From Spirochaetaceae bacterium (GTDB taxonomy: Bacteria > Spirochaetota > Spirochaetia > DSM-2461), in NCBI GenBank assembly GCA_965224705.1, contig OZ245056.1:1312001-1376000 (forward strand): a stretch of 64,000 nt of DNA, written 5' to 3'. The position numbers and the translations under genes are program-made. The notes under the pieces were generated by a model. It did not search any database and was not told the DNA's origin. It saw nothing but the letters and a program-made list of their open reading frames with translations. This document shows positions 50,591 through 60,677 of this stretch, in pieces. Within the stretch, counting starts at the first letter, position 1, and each line of letters begins with the position of its first letter.

Positions 50591-51857
50591 TTTTTGGAAC
50601 TATGAAACAGTTCTGAGAGAATCTTCCGAGAATCTTCTCAATCGATTTCTCCGCTATGCCCGCATACATACGACGAGTAATGAAGAAGCGGCAATGAAAA
50701 GAACTCCTTCAACCGACTGTCAATGGGATTTGATTCATCTCCTGGAGAAGGAACTCAGGGAACTGGGAATTGAAGATGTCAAAGTGGATGAACACGGCTA
50801 TGTCATTGCCAGGGTCCCGCATAACCTGACCGGTAATGACCAGGCAAAAACTATAGGATTAATGGCTCATGTGGATACCAATGCGGATGCCCCTGGCGAC
50901 AACATCACTCCTGTTGTTCATTCTCCCTACGATGGTGGTATCATAAAACTCAAGGATGGCATAATCCTGGATCCTGAAGAGTTTCCCCTCCTATCAAAGT
51001 ATAAGGGAGACACTCTCATTACCTCCGATGGTACAACACTTCTTGGAGCGGATGACAAGGCTGGTATCGCCGAGATAATGACAGCGGTCGAGCTGCTTCA
51101 ATCACACCCTGAAATTCCGCATGGTGATCTTGAGATAGTATTCACACCCGATGAAGAAACCGGGACCGGTATGAATCTCTTCCCAGTTAAGAGCCTGAAA
51201 TCCCGGTATTGCTTCACATTGGATGGTGGGGAAGAAGGGGAATTGGAAACCGAGTGTTACTATGCCAGCAGGGCTGATATCATTTTTAGCGGCAGAGCTA
51301 TCCATCCTGGCACAGCACGTGGAAAACTCGTCAATGCGCTCACAATGGCAGGAGAGTACATCGCCATGCTTCCCAGAAATGAGAGTCCGGAGGCGACTGA
51401 TGGACGGTATGGAAACTACTGGCCGCATGCGCTCAAAGGCGGGCTTGAGCAGGCAGAATTGATTGTATTGATCCGCAGTTTTGAGAAGGATGACAGAAGA
51501 AGACGCAAAGAGGCATTGAACGCCTTCGCACAGGCTGTAGAAGCTGCTTTTCCCGGAGGGAAAGTGAGTGTAAAATTTACGGATCAGTATGAGAATATGA
51601 GGGAAGAAATTGAAAAACACCCTCAATTGATCCAATGCCTTGAGATGGCTTATATCCGGGCAGGAATCAAACCTGTTGAAAAACCAATTCGTGGTGGAAC
51701 GGATGGTTCAAAACTGACGGAAATGGGCATCCCCACACCCAATATCTTTGCCGGAGGGCAGAATTTTCATAGCCGATACGAATGGGTTGCCCTGCCAGCG
51801 ATGGTGCGTGCTGTTACGGTGATTTTGAATCTTGCCGTTATCTGGTCAGAATCATAA
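50574..51857 (+). CDS. pepT: Peptidase T
   Basis: AHVDT, LGADDKAG, PDEE, PIRGGTDG and NFHS motifs; start uncertain. Confidence 0.93.
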   Translation: MRKIPDFWNYETVLRESSENLLNRFLRYARIHTTSNEEAAMKRTPSTDCQWDLIHLLEKELRELGIEDVKVDEHGYVIARVPHNLTGNDQAKTIGLMAHVDTNADAPGDNITPVVHSPYDGGIIKLKDGIILDPEEFPLLSKYKGDTLITSDGTTLLGADDKAGIAEIMTAVELLQSHPEIPHGDLEIVFTPDEETGTGMNLFPVKSLKSRYCFTLDGGEEGELETECYYASRADIIFSGRAIHPGTARGKLVNALTMAGEYIAMLPRNESPEATDGRYGNYWPHALKGGLEQAELIVLIRSFEKDDRRRRKEALNAFAQAVEAAFPGGKVSVKFTDQYENMREEIEKHPQLIQCLEMAYIRAGIKPVEKPIRGGTDGSKLTEMGIPTPNIFAGGQNFHSRYEWVALPAMVRAVTVILNLAVIWSES

Positions 51858-51906
51858 AAAAGTTGAAAATATGGCCGACAAATACTCTTAAGTATGATAT
51901 AAAAGT

Positions 51907-53397
51907 ATGTCCTTTCAAGACATCTATCCTCACAGGAGTCCGCGCGCAGGAATGAAGATAAACCTTCCAGCACTTATAGCCGCTTCAGTTATTCTAATTG
52001 CTTCATGTGCTGGCGGACCTGAAATCACAGAGGCTCCGCCTGAGTGGGTTTACAATCAAATAACGGACTCTTCAGCTCACTATATGTTTCGTGGAATCGG
52101 TAAAGCCGACGAACTCTCGCTTGCCATAAATGAAGCAGTAATAGAAATAACAGGTTCAGCCCTGGTGAAGATGACCTTTGATGATCCCTCCCGCTGGAAA
52201 ATGGGGGCACGTTATGTCATTGAATCATTTCAGGATGATTTGAGATCCGCTTTGAAACAACCGGGCTACTATACGATGTCTGGCCTGGAAATTCTCCGTG
52301 AAGCGGCCTGGGTTGAAGATGGTGAAATCATTTATGTCATAGATACTTCATGGGAGAAGCAGGCATTTTCGAAGAAAGCTGATAGGTTGACTGTTTTTAC
52401 AGGAATTGCAGAACCTGAGGAGGGAGTTTTTCCTTCAAGAGCTCAGTTAGCTGAGATGGATGGGAATGTCTATGAAGCCGCACTTATCTGGGCAACGACT
52501 GCCGGTTCCCTGGATTCTGACAGTTATGAGCAGGGAGTGCAGGAGTCCATGTCAGAGATAATTCGGTTATTAAGTCAATTAAGCTACAAGCTCCTCTCTG
52601 CGCCTGATGATATCTCCGCTGGTAATGAATCAGAGATACCGTTTTCTATTGGTGTTCTTCATGATGGCAGAGCTGTAAAAAATGCAGAATTCGTGATTTC
52701 CTACCCGATTAACCTTCAAAATGGTTCACTGAGCCGTGGTTCAACACGGTTGTCGACCGATTCTCAGGGACGGATAGTTTTTCTCCCCCCTGCCGTTTTT
52801 GCAGCAGGAACTCAGCGAATATCCCTGGCACCAAGCGCAGATCCATTCATTAAACACTTCAATGCTGCATCGAATAATGATATCACAACCTTTGTTCGCA
52901 TTGTTGAGAATTCTCGAATAGATATAGAATATGAATCCGTGACTCAGGATAAAACAATTCCCATTGGAGTTTTTATTCTTGAAACAGATCTTGCCGGGAA
53001 TCCATTGAAATCAAGTTCTGTTGCCGGTGGTGTTCTGGACAATCTTCAGGCGAATGCGTTCAATGCCGCTCTGATACCACTGGATTCTCGAGAATTACTC
53101 TCCCGGAATGAAAGGGAATTACTGAGAGACCTTAAAGCTGATAAGCAGATTCCTGGTCAATTTCCAAGAGTGATTCACGGCATTATTTCCCTTGAAAACT
53201 TTGAGCAGGAAGGCGAATTTTACATCGTTAAAGTTGGGGGGACACTCTATTACTCTGATATACAAAGCCAGGTTACTGTTCATCAATCCCGGATTTCCAA
53301 AACCAGCAGGGTTGGAGACAGTCAACAGGCAATGAATGCGGCTTTTCGCCAACTGGGGAGAACTTTTGCTGCTGAAATCATTAACCAAAGAAAATGA
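51907..53397 (+). CDS. Hypothetical lipoprotein
   Basis: Lipobox IASC; APPEWV motif typical of LPP20-like N-termini. Confidence 0.65.
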   Translation: MSFQDIYPHRSPRAGMKINLPALIAASVILIASCAGGPEITEAPPEWVYNQITDSSAHYMFRGIGKADELSLAINEAVIEITGSALVKMTFDDPSRWKMGARYVIESFQDDLRSALKQPGYYTMSGLEILREAAWVEDGEIIYVIDTSWEKQAFSKKADRLTVFTGIAEPEEGVFPSRAQLAEMDGNVYEAALIWATTAGSLDSDSYEQGVQESMSEIIRLLSQLSYKLLSAPDDISAGNESEIPFSIGVLHDGRAVKNAEFVISYPINLQNGSLSRGSTRLSTDSQGRIVFLPPAVFAAGTQRISLAPSADPFIKHFNAASNNDITTFVRIVENSRIDIEYESVTQDKTIPIGVFILETDLAGNPLKSSSVAGGVLDNLQANAFNAALIPLDSRELLSRNERELLRDLKADKQIPGQFPRVIHGIISLENFEQEGEFYIVKVGGTLYYSDIQSQVTVHQSRISKTSRVGDSQQAMNAAFRQLGRTFAAEIINQRK

Positions 53398-54782
53398 CCA
53401 TTCCCTTCAGTGAAACGAACGATCTCATTGTTGCCCCTGCCACTCCCCGCGGCAGAGGGGCACTCGCCATTATACGAAGCTCCGGCCCAAAGTGCATTGA
53501 AACATTTGCCAGAGTCTTTTCACACCCGGACAAACTTCTGAAAAGTGAAGGCAATAAAATCCTCCACGGATGGTTTCAGGACACAGAAGGAAATCCAATC
53601 GACGAAGTCCTGATTTCATTGTTCCGCATGCCTTTCAGTTATACTGGCCAGGACTCAATAGAAGTGAGTTGTCATGGAAATCCAGTCGTTGTCGACCGTA
53701 TAATTGAAATCCTCCGAAGTATTGGTTTCAGGGATTCAGAACCGGGAGAGTTTACATTCAGGGCGTTTTCCTCCGGTAAGATGGATCTTACCAGGGCTGA
53801 AGCCGTCAATGAAATGATCAATGCCCGAACGGACAAAGCAAGAGCCCTGGCGGCTTCTCGTCTGGCAGGTTCTGTGGAGACTGTGATTGATGAAGCAAAA
53901 AATCTTGTCAGCCGACAGGCAGCCGTAGCGGCATTAGCTCTGGATTATCCTGATGACGAGATGGAAACGGTTCCCTTCGATTATGACTCACTCAGGAAGA
54001 TGAGGATTCAATTGGAGCACATGGTAAACACCTGGAGAACTGGACGTCTATATCAGGATGGACTCAGAGTTGCTCTCGCAGGACCAGCAAATGCAGGAAA
54101 GTCTTCTCTTTTTAATCTTTTTCTCAAAGAAGAAAGATCCATTGTTACTGAAACTCCAGGTACCACTCGAGATTGGGTGGAAGCCTGGATAAATCTTGAT
54201 GGCATACCAGTGTGCCTTGTCGATACGGCTGGATTACGAATGCAAACGATGGATCCCATTGAAACAGAAGGAATTCGGCGTACACGGGAACTCATCTCGG
54301 CATCGGATCTTGTTATCGTTGTTGTTGATGGATGCTCAAGTTCAACTGCGAATGAATCATTTTACAGAGAAGAGATCCTTGGCCGTTGGAAAGTTCAGGA
54401 CAGGGAATTCTCTCACAGCAGAATTATTCGAGTATGGAACAAAGCAGATGAGGCTCCGATTCCGCCTGAGGGCTGGTTGGCTGTGAGTGCCCTGAAGGGA
54501 ACAGGTTTCAATAATCTGGTTGAAGCTGTTCGGTCAAAAATCCTCGAGAGTGGTACGTTTCTTGATGGAGGTATTCCAATTATTGATTCAAATCGGCAAA
54601 AAAATCTTCTGCAGCGTGCAGTTACCGCACTTAAACAGTTTGAAGAGATATCTCTGGCACCCATAGATTTGAAGGCAGAAGACCTTCGAGATACCCTTGA
54701 TGCTCTGGGAGAATTGACCGGGGAAGTAAGCCGGGTGGATATTCTGAATATCATGTTCAGCGAGTTTTGTGTTGGGAAGTAG
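53394..54782 (+). CDS. mnmE: tRNA modification GTPase
   Basis: GPANAGKSS, GTTRD, DTAG, NKAD and C-terminal FCVGK. Confidence 0.96.
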   Translation: MTIPFSETNDLIVAPATPRGRGALAIIRSSGPKCIETFARVFSHPDKLLKSEGNKILHGWFQDTEGNPIDEVLISLFRMPFSYTGQDSIEVSCHGNPVVVDRIIEILRSIGFRDSEPGEFTFRAFSSGKMDLTRAEAVNEMINARTDKARALAASRLAGSVETVIDEAKNLVSRQAAVAALALDYPDDEMETVPFDYDSLRKMRIQLEHMVNTWRTGRLYQDGLRVALAGPANAGKSSLFNLFLKEERSIVTETPGTTRDWVEAWINLDGIPVCLVDTAGLRMQTMDPIETEGIRRTRELISASDLVIVVVDGCSSSTANESFYREEILGRWKVQDREFSHSRIIRVWNKADEAPIPPEGWLAVSALKGTGFNNLVEAVRSKILESGTFLDGGIPIIDSNRQKNLLQRAVTALKQFEEISLAPIDLKAEDLRDTLDALGELTGEVSRVDILNIMFSEFCVGK

Positions 54783-55446
54783 AATCGACCAGAATGCCGT
54801 ACTCCGACAGGGACTTGCCTCTCTGGATTTGGAAAATAAAGGAATCCGCATAGACAAATTGGAAAACTATATTGCGGAAATAAAATACTGGAATCCCCAT
54901 TATAAATTGATCGCAGCAGGTGAAGATATTGCCGTTCGGCATATTCTTGACAGCCTGGCAGGTTTGAAAACAATACAGTCCTTTAATCCAGGAAAAATGG
55001 CAGACATAGGTTCTGGTGCTGGAATTCCCGGGATTCCTCTGTCCCTCTGGCTTCAGGATTCCAAAATCTACCTGATAGAGCGTTCTGCCCGACGAGCTGG
55101 ATTCCTGAAGAATGTTGTCTATAAGCTGAATCTTGACAATGTTATGGTTATTGATAAACCGGTAGAACAAGCGGCCGATATCGGTCTGTGTGATATTGTG
55201 GTGTTTCGGGCATGGACCCGTTTAAATAGGAAATCATTGAAAAAAGTTCTCCCAATTCTGAAACCAGATGGGGTGATCATTGCCTATAAAGGTCAGATAA
55301 TCAAAACGGGAAATGAGTTCAAGGAATTGAATTCACAGATGCAGATTGAAATTCTACCCATCAATGTTCCCGGACTGAGTGCAGAGAGATGTCTTGTGAT
55401 AATGGAGCCTTCCAGTTCATTGCGGCAGAACTCTGATACTAGCTAA
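54769..55446 (+). CDS. rsmG: 16S rRNA m7G527 methyltransferase
   Basis: RHILDSL and DIGSGAGIPGIPL motifs. Confidence 0.93.
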   Translation: MLGSRIDQNAVLRQGLASLDLENKGIRIDKLENYIAEIKYWNPHYKLIAAGEDIAVRHILDSLAGLKTIQSFNPGKMADIGSGAGIPGIPLSLWLQDSKIYLIERSARRAGFLKNVVYKLNLDNVMVIDKPVEQAADIGLCDIVVFRAWTRLNRKSLKKVLPILKPDGVIIAYKGQIIKTGNEFKELNSQMQIEILPINVPGLSAERCLVIMEPSSSLRQNSDTS

Positions 55447-56794
55447 TTGATCTGAGTATATCCAACAACTCCTCTTTACCGTATAATTCAATCAGCCTTG
55501 CCTCTACGAAACGGGTTGCTTCTACAGAAAAACTTGTATGTCCAATACAAATTCCGCGATCAGAATGAACTTCCTTTATCTGACCGTGGAATTCCCGTAT
55601 GAATAACTCTCCGATAGGGTTTTCAGTGCGCAGAAATCGCAGGAGGACTATCTCTTCTCCTCTTTTGGAAGTTATCGTTGCTTGAAAATCCATATAATCA
55701 TTTTTAGCAAAATTCACATCATTGATTTCAATTTTTGCGCGGGGAAACAGCGAAGAAATAACTTTTCTGGCCAATTGAATGAAATCATTGGTCGATGCAA
55801 AAAGATATGTCTGTAAATTCTTATTGGAATTGAGCAGGGAGCATTGTGTGATGCGGTATTCTACATCCTTGTAATCCGGGCTTATTGAGTGAATCTCTTT
55901 ATAAAGCTCCAGAGCCTTGTCAATGCGAAGAAGTTTATAATATGTCTCTGCCAGACGATACCTTAACTCCAGAGCCAGTTCTCTGCTGATATTTGTGTGC
56001 TTCAATCCGATAGAGTAAGCGGCCTCCGCCCCGTCCCAATCCTGTTTTTTCGCACAAATTGTACCCGAGTATAGAGCTGAATTCGGACCCCATTCCGGAT
56101 CGTTCAGAACCTGAGTGAATGCACTCTGTGCGGTATCCATGTGGGAGGATTCATATTCACATCGGGCAAAGGCATACAGAAGTTCCGGGGATGTCCCAAA
56201 AGTTTCGAGAGCTTTTTTCAGGTGTGGGACAGCTTCGTTGTAACGTTTGGCTTTGAAATAGCTTTGCCCGATGTATTTGAGAGCATTCGGGTCGAGTGGC
56301 TTGTATTGAAGGGCTGTCCTGAGGAAATTAATGGCACGGGTATAATTCCCCCGATGGAATTCAATCTGTCCCAGGCTGAGATTTACATCGTAGTCATCAG
56401 GTGTTATACCACGGGCAATCATAAGTGCCTGATAAGCTTCCGTCCAGTTCTTACAGTGCATGGCTGAAATACCGTATTTGAGATTTATCTGGCTCTGTTC
56501 AATTGAACCGAAAACCTCACCATGCTCAATAAGGAGTTGATAGGAACGCATGGCCTTATTGTATTCTTCACTATCGAAATACAATTCTGCAAGAGTTTTC
56601 AAAGCTCCTGTGTCTTTAGGGTTGGCTGCAAGGCGGCGGTTAATGTCCTTGATGATATTGTTTCGCTCTTTTTCGCTTATCACTGAGTCACTTGAATAAT
56701 CCTTACTCTTTTTGCCGGAATTGATCTTCAGCAGGGCGATTATCGTTGTAAGTAGTGAGATAAATATTATTGTCGCAACTATAGCTACTTGCAT
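55439..56794 (-). CDS. Membrane-anchored TPR protein with degenerate Mrr-like C-terminal domain
   Basis: N-terminal TM helix, several TPRs, C-terminal IGELFIREF..GICI..FS.EA..F...IELY. Confidence 0.75.
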   Translation of the reverse strand: MQVAIVATIIFISLLTTIIALLKINSGKKSKDYSSDSVISEKERNNIIKDINRRLAANPKDTGALKTLAELYFDSEEYNKAMRSYQLLIEHGEVFGSIEQSQINLKYGISAMHCKNWTEAYQALMIARGITPDDYDVNLSLGQIEFHRGNYTRAINFLRTALQYKPLDPNALKYIGQSYFKAKRYNEAVPHLKKALETFGTSPELLYAFARCEYESSHMDTAQSAFTQVLNDPEWGPNSALYSGTICAKKQDWDGAEAAYSIGLKHTNISRELALELRYRLAETYYKLLRIDKALELYKEIHSISPDYKDVEYRITQCSLLNSNKNLQTYLFASTNDFIQLARKVISSLFPRAKIEINDVNFAKNDYMDFQATITSKRGEEIVLLRFLRTENPIGELFIREFHGQIKEVHSDRGICIGHTSFSVEATRFVEARLIELYGKEELLDILRSIS

Positions 56795-56838
56795 TATTCT
56801 CAGTTATAATGAGGATGTATATTAATTTCGTCAAGATA

Positions 56839-56995
56839 GGAGTCTGTCGGACTTTAAGACTTCGAGGCGATTTTTGATGATTTTTTCCTGATGCAAGGCG
56901 ACAAAAACTCAAGCGTAGCCTGAGCTGCGTGAGTATTTTGGCAACACAGCAGGAGGGCAAAAATCGAGCCGTGAGGCATAAGTCCGACAGACTCC
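56839..56995 (+). mobile_element. Family A MITE, 157 bp, diverged core type 1
   Basis: Terminal repeats intact; small internal changes. Confidence 0.9.
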
Positions 56996-57042
56996 TGGTA
57001 ATTGTTGACAGAGATGATTTCTACAATTTAGGATATTGTGTC

Positions 57043-57579
57043 ATGAATGACAACTTTGATGATACTTATAGAGTGAGTTTCCGTCTTGCTGATGGCCAGT
57101 TCCATCCCTTGCTGCGCTATGGACATGCTGATACGGACAGTCTTACACTGGTTCCGGCCGGAAAAGCACAGAAAAAAGTTGTATTGCAGTTTTACTACCA
57201 TTTCCAGGGAAAACCTCATCCTGTCTACATGGGAAAGCTGAATTTCTCTGGTTTATCTGGCATTGAGCCCTGGGAGTTGAAACTTGAAGCCAGTCTTGCT
57301 GCCGCAAACTCTCTTAGAATAAGCATTGTCCATGAAAACAGTGGAAGATCAAAGAAGGCTGTTTTCAAAATTGCTCAAAACAGGAAAGGATCAGTATCGA
57401 ATTTGCCTGAGACTCTTATCTGGCGTAGTAAAGGTTTGTATTGGTTTCTGGGGTTTCTGTTTATTGTTATCTGTCTGGCAGTAATCGCCTGGGGAGCTCT
57501 TTCTATCAGCAGGGGGAAACTTATACTGCCACAGACAAAATTAATAAGCTATCCCGTTCTGACAGGAAAAAACATCTGA
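57043..57579 (+). CDS. Hypothetical membrane protein
   Basis: ATG 57043 follows TTGACA-18-TAGGAT; beta-rich N-terminus and one TM helix. Confidence 0.6.
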   Translation: MNDNFDDTYRVSFRLADGQFHPLLRYGHADTDSLTLVPAGKAQKKVVLQFYYHFQGKPHPVYMGKLNFSGLSGIEPWELKLEASLAAANSLRISIVHENSGRSKKAVFKIAQNRKGSVSNLPETLIWRSKGLYWFLGFLFIVICLAVIAWGALSISRGKLILPQTKLISYPVLTGKNI

Positions 57580-57581
57580 CA

Positions 57582-59696
57582 GTGTTTTCTCGTAAATCAC
57601 TGTTCATTCACATCTTAATCATCATTGCTGTATTTTCCTCATACCAGCCGTTGCTGGGGTTGAAAACTCAAGTGAGTGAATCAATCATCCAGGTATTGCA
57701 GTCCGCAGAAACAGGCTCAAAGAAAGAGCTTTTTGCAATGGCTGATCAGGGAGGTTCTGGTGCCTGGTTTGCATTGGCTAAAACAGCATCTTACTACGAA
57801 TATCCAGATCTTGCCCGTTTACTCAGAAAGAAGTCCTGGAGAAAAGACCCCGCACCATTTGCACTGAATTCATTATCATCCCTGATTATTGAAAACCCGG
57901 ATAGCGTAAGAAATCCTCTGGCAAAAATACGGCGAGCTGTTAAAAAGCATGGTTCCAGTGAAATTCTCCGGCAGGCAGAGATTGCAGCACTTGTCTCACA
58001 GGGAAAACAAAAGGCTCTTTCCAGTAAGATCGACAGTTTCACAGGGAAGCCATGGGAAACTCCAGTTCTCGCCGCCGCAATTCAACTCAACAGCAACAGA
58101 GCGAGGATTGCCGGTCTACTTGATCGTTTCATATTGTATGTAGAAGATCCAGGTGCATTGAAGCAGCTGCCCCATGACATCTCCAGCCATGCTGATCATG
58201 AAACTCAAATTCTGAGAAGGGCAAGGATGAGTTATGCTGAAGAGGATTACAACTCCGCTTTGGCGGGTTTCAACCAGTGGCTGAATATGATTACTGACAA
58301 TGCGGAGGCCTGTATCTGTGAAACTCCATCTCCAGTTTTTGAAGAGATATCCAGTGCCGCCAGGGCTCTGAATCGGGAATCATACTGGGCAGAATTGCTC
58401 TTTGAGTTGGCGGATTCCGCCTCAAATGCACACCGCTATGCCATGTTCTTCCAATCCGGGACGCTGTACCTGTCACAAAAAGAATTTCAACGGTCTTCCG
58501 CTTCCTTTTTCAGGGCATCACGATCGATATCGAAGGGACTGGAAATGGATAGGGCGATCTGGTACCGATTGAAAACCATTGGATATGATTCAGCGATTTC
58601 AATTGCGGAAGATTTTGAGGCCATTTCCTGGGCTGCGGCATCCTGGGATGATGCGAGTCGTTTTACAGACGTGCTGGATGAGTATATACATCGTCAAATA
58701 CACCGGAGAGCATGGAACAATCTGGAATCCTTGTATCGAAATTGGAGTTCAGCTTTACCGGGGTATTCAAGAGCACAGACAGCTCTGATGCTTGCTTTTG
58801 CAGCAGAGGAAGGTTATGTCAGCGGGAAGTCATCAGGGCAATATCTTGAAGAAGCTTACGATGCGGCACCATTGAGCTGGTGGGGAGTGCGGGCGGCTGG
58901 AATCCTGGGTCAGAGGATAGTCATTGAAGCCAGTACCGCATCCCGGGAAAGCCGTGATGAAGACGTTGTGGCAGAGATTTTTCTTCGCTGGGATCTGGAG
59001 GAAATGGTGGCCGCTGATATTTTGAACGATCCCGATGGATACTCCGCTTATACAATAAGAAACACAGCAAGGAAATTGTCAGAAAAAAATCCAAGACTAT
59101 CCATTCGAGTCATATTGCATCTCTGGTTTCGGGATGGTTTTGTTCCAGGCCGGGAAGACTGGCTTCTGAGATATCCTCATCCCTATCTCACTTCCGCCAG
59201 GAAAGCCGCTCAGCATTACAACATCCCTCAGGACGTTTATTTTGGCCTGATCCGAACTGAAAGTGCCTGGGATTCTACAGCTGTCAGCCGGTCTGGAGCT
59301 ATGGGATTGACACAATTCATGCCGGCAACCTGGGACGAATGGGTGACGCGCCTGAAATACCCCGAGGATTCCAATCCAATGGATCCAGAAACAAGTCTCA
59401 TCTTTGGGGCGGCGTATCTTTCATGGCTTCGGGAACAGGACTGGACCAATGGCTGGATGGAAATTCTGGCTTCTTATAATGGAGGTGGCGGGCGCATCCG
59501 CAGATGGCGTCAGAAACAGCCAGATTATGGAGAGGATCTGTTCTCCATGAGCATGCCCGTTGAGGAAACACGGTCCTATGTGCCCAAAGTATTATTTGCC
59601 GCTACACTTTACGGATACCTCTATGATAATCAATCTCCTGAGAATCTCCACAAGTCCTGGGGTCTTTCACAGTTTTCCGATCACAGCAGGCCATGA
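57582..59696 (+). CDS. Soluble lytic transglycosylase (Slt family)
   Basis: LIRTES, GAMGLTQFMPATW, ASYNGG and ETRSYV motifs. Confidence 0.9.
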   Translation: MFSRKSLFIHILIIIAVFSSYQPLLGLKTQVSESIIQVLQSAETGSKKELFAMADQGGSGAWFALAKTASYYEYPDLARLLRKKSWRKDPAPFALNSLSSLIIENPDSVRNPLAKIRRAVKKHGSSEILRQAEIAALVSQGKQKALSSKIDSFTGKPWETPVLAAAIQLNSNRARIAGLLDRFILYVEDPGALKQLPHDISSHADHETQILRRARMSYAEEDYNSALAGFNQWLNMITDNAEACICETPSPVFEEISSAARALNRESYWAELLFELADSASNAHRYAMFFQSGTLYLSQKEFQRSSASFFRASRSISKGLEMDRAIWYRLKTIGYDSAISIAEDFEAISWAAASWDDASRFTDVLDEYIHRQIHRRAWNNLESLYRNWSSALPGYSRAQTALMLAFAAEEGYVSGKSSGQYLEEAYDAAPLSWWGVRAAGILGQRIVIEASTASRESRDEDVVAEIFLRWDLEEMVAADILNDPDGYSAYTIRNTARKLSEKNPRLSIRVILHLWFRDGFVPGREDWLLRYPHPYLTSARKAAQHYNIPQDVYFGLIRTESAWDSTAVSRSGAMGLTQFMPATWDEWVTRLKYPEDSNPMDPETSLIFGAAYLSWLREQDWTNGWMEILASYNGGGGRIRRWRQKQPDYGEDLFSMSMPVEETRSYVPKVLFAATLYGYLYDNQSPENLHKSWGLSQFSDHSRP

Positions 59697-60496
59697 GTAT
59701 TCTTCAAGCGGTTTTACTGGGTGCACTGCAGGGGTTTACAGAATTTCTACCGGTGTCTTCCTCAGGGCATCTTGTACTGGCCCGGGCTGTAATGGGACTC
59801 GAAAAAAGCCCTGTTCTCTTTGATGTCATTCTCCATATGGCAACTTTAATTGTAGTGATCTGGACATTCAGATATCGCCTGGGCAGTATTCTTCTGGCCC
59901 TTTATCATTTTTTATCATTGCGGGCCAATCCTGATGAGAGAACACATCTGAATTACATGCTGAGAGTGATAGAAGCATCGGCCCTTACAGCACTTGTTGG
60001 TGTGGGTATTTACCAGCTGGATATTCATGATGATCCTTTTATAACAGGGGTCTTTTTCCTGGTAACCGCTCTCATCCTGCTGACAACCAGGTTCATCAAG
60101 GGTAAAGACCACCTTAATCTTCCAGGAAGGGTACAGTCTTTTATTATAGGTATTGCTCAGGGATTTGGTGTGCTGCCGGGAATCAGTCGATCTGGGATTA
60201 CAATAAGTACGGGTTTACTTCTGGGTTTAAGCAGGAGAGCTGCCGGTGAGTTTTCCTTTCTGCTTTCGATTCCAGCAATTCTGGGTGCACTGTTTCTGAG
60301 TCTCAAGGATATTGGTGAACTATCTTCCGTTGTACCTCCATCCTCTCTGATTGCGGGCTTTCTCACAGCCGTGTTGACAGGATATGTGTTTTTGCGTCTC
60401 TTACTGTGGCTGATCAGTCATGGAAAATTGTGGATTTTTGCGATTTATCTGATTCCTGCCGGTTCCTGGGTCATTCTATCTTTCAGAGGTTTTTAG
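59693..60496 (+). CDS. uppP: Undecaprenyl-diphosphate phosphatase
   Basis: QGFTEFLPVSSSGHL and PGISRSG motifs. Confidence 0.95.
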   Translation: MSILQAVLLGALQGFTEFLPVSSSGHLVLARAVMGLEKSPVLFDVILHMATLIVVIWTFRYRLGSILLALYHFLSLRANPDERTHLNYMLRVIEASALTALVGVGIYQLDIHDDPFITGVFFLVTALILLTTRFIKGKDHLNLPGRVQSFIIGIAQGFGVLPGISRSGITISTGLLLGLSRRAAGEFSFLLSIPAILGALFLSLKDIGELSSVVPPSSLIAGFLTAVLTGYVFLRLLLWLISHGKLWIFAIYLIPAGSWVILSFRGF

Positions 60497-60677
60497 GACT
60501 GAAAGAAAGTGCGGCTTCCTGCCCCCTGATACAGGATGTGTCGATCTGGTTTCATTTCAAGGGCCGCCTTCGCCCACCGCCAGGGGATTGGCAGCGCATT
60601 CTACCAGAACAGCATCTGTAGAAAAGGTAAAACCGGAATGTTGAACACCGATAATCGAGAAGAGGAGGCTTCTTATA

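Noticed and set aside
53394..55446. mnmG absent between mnmE and rsmG
   Set aside because: The genes overlap cleanly with no remnant; relocation of mnmG is unremarkable.
55439..55800. Mrr-like domain as a defence nuclease
   Set aside because: The catalytic motif looks degenerate and the context is housekeeping.
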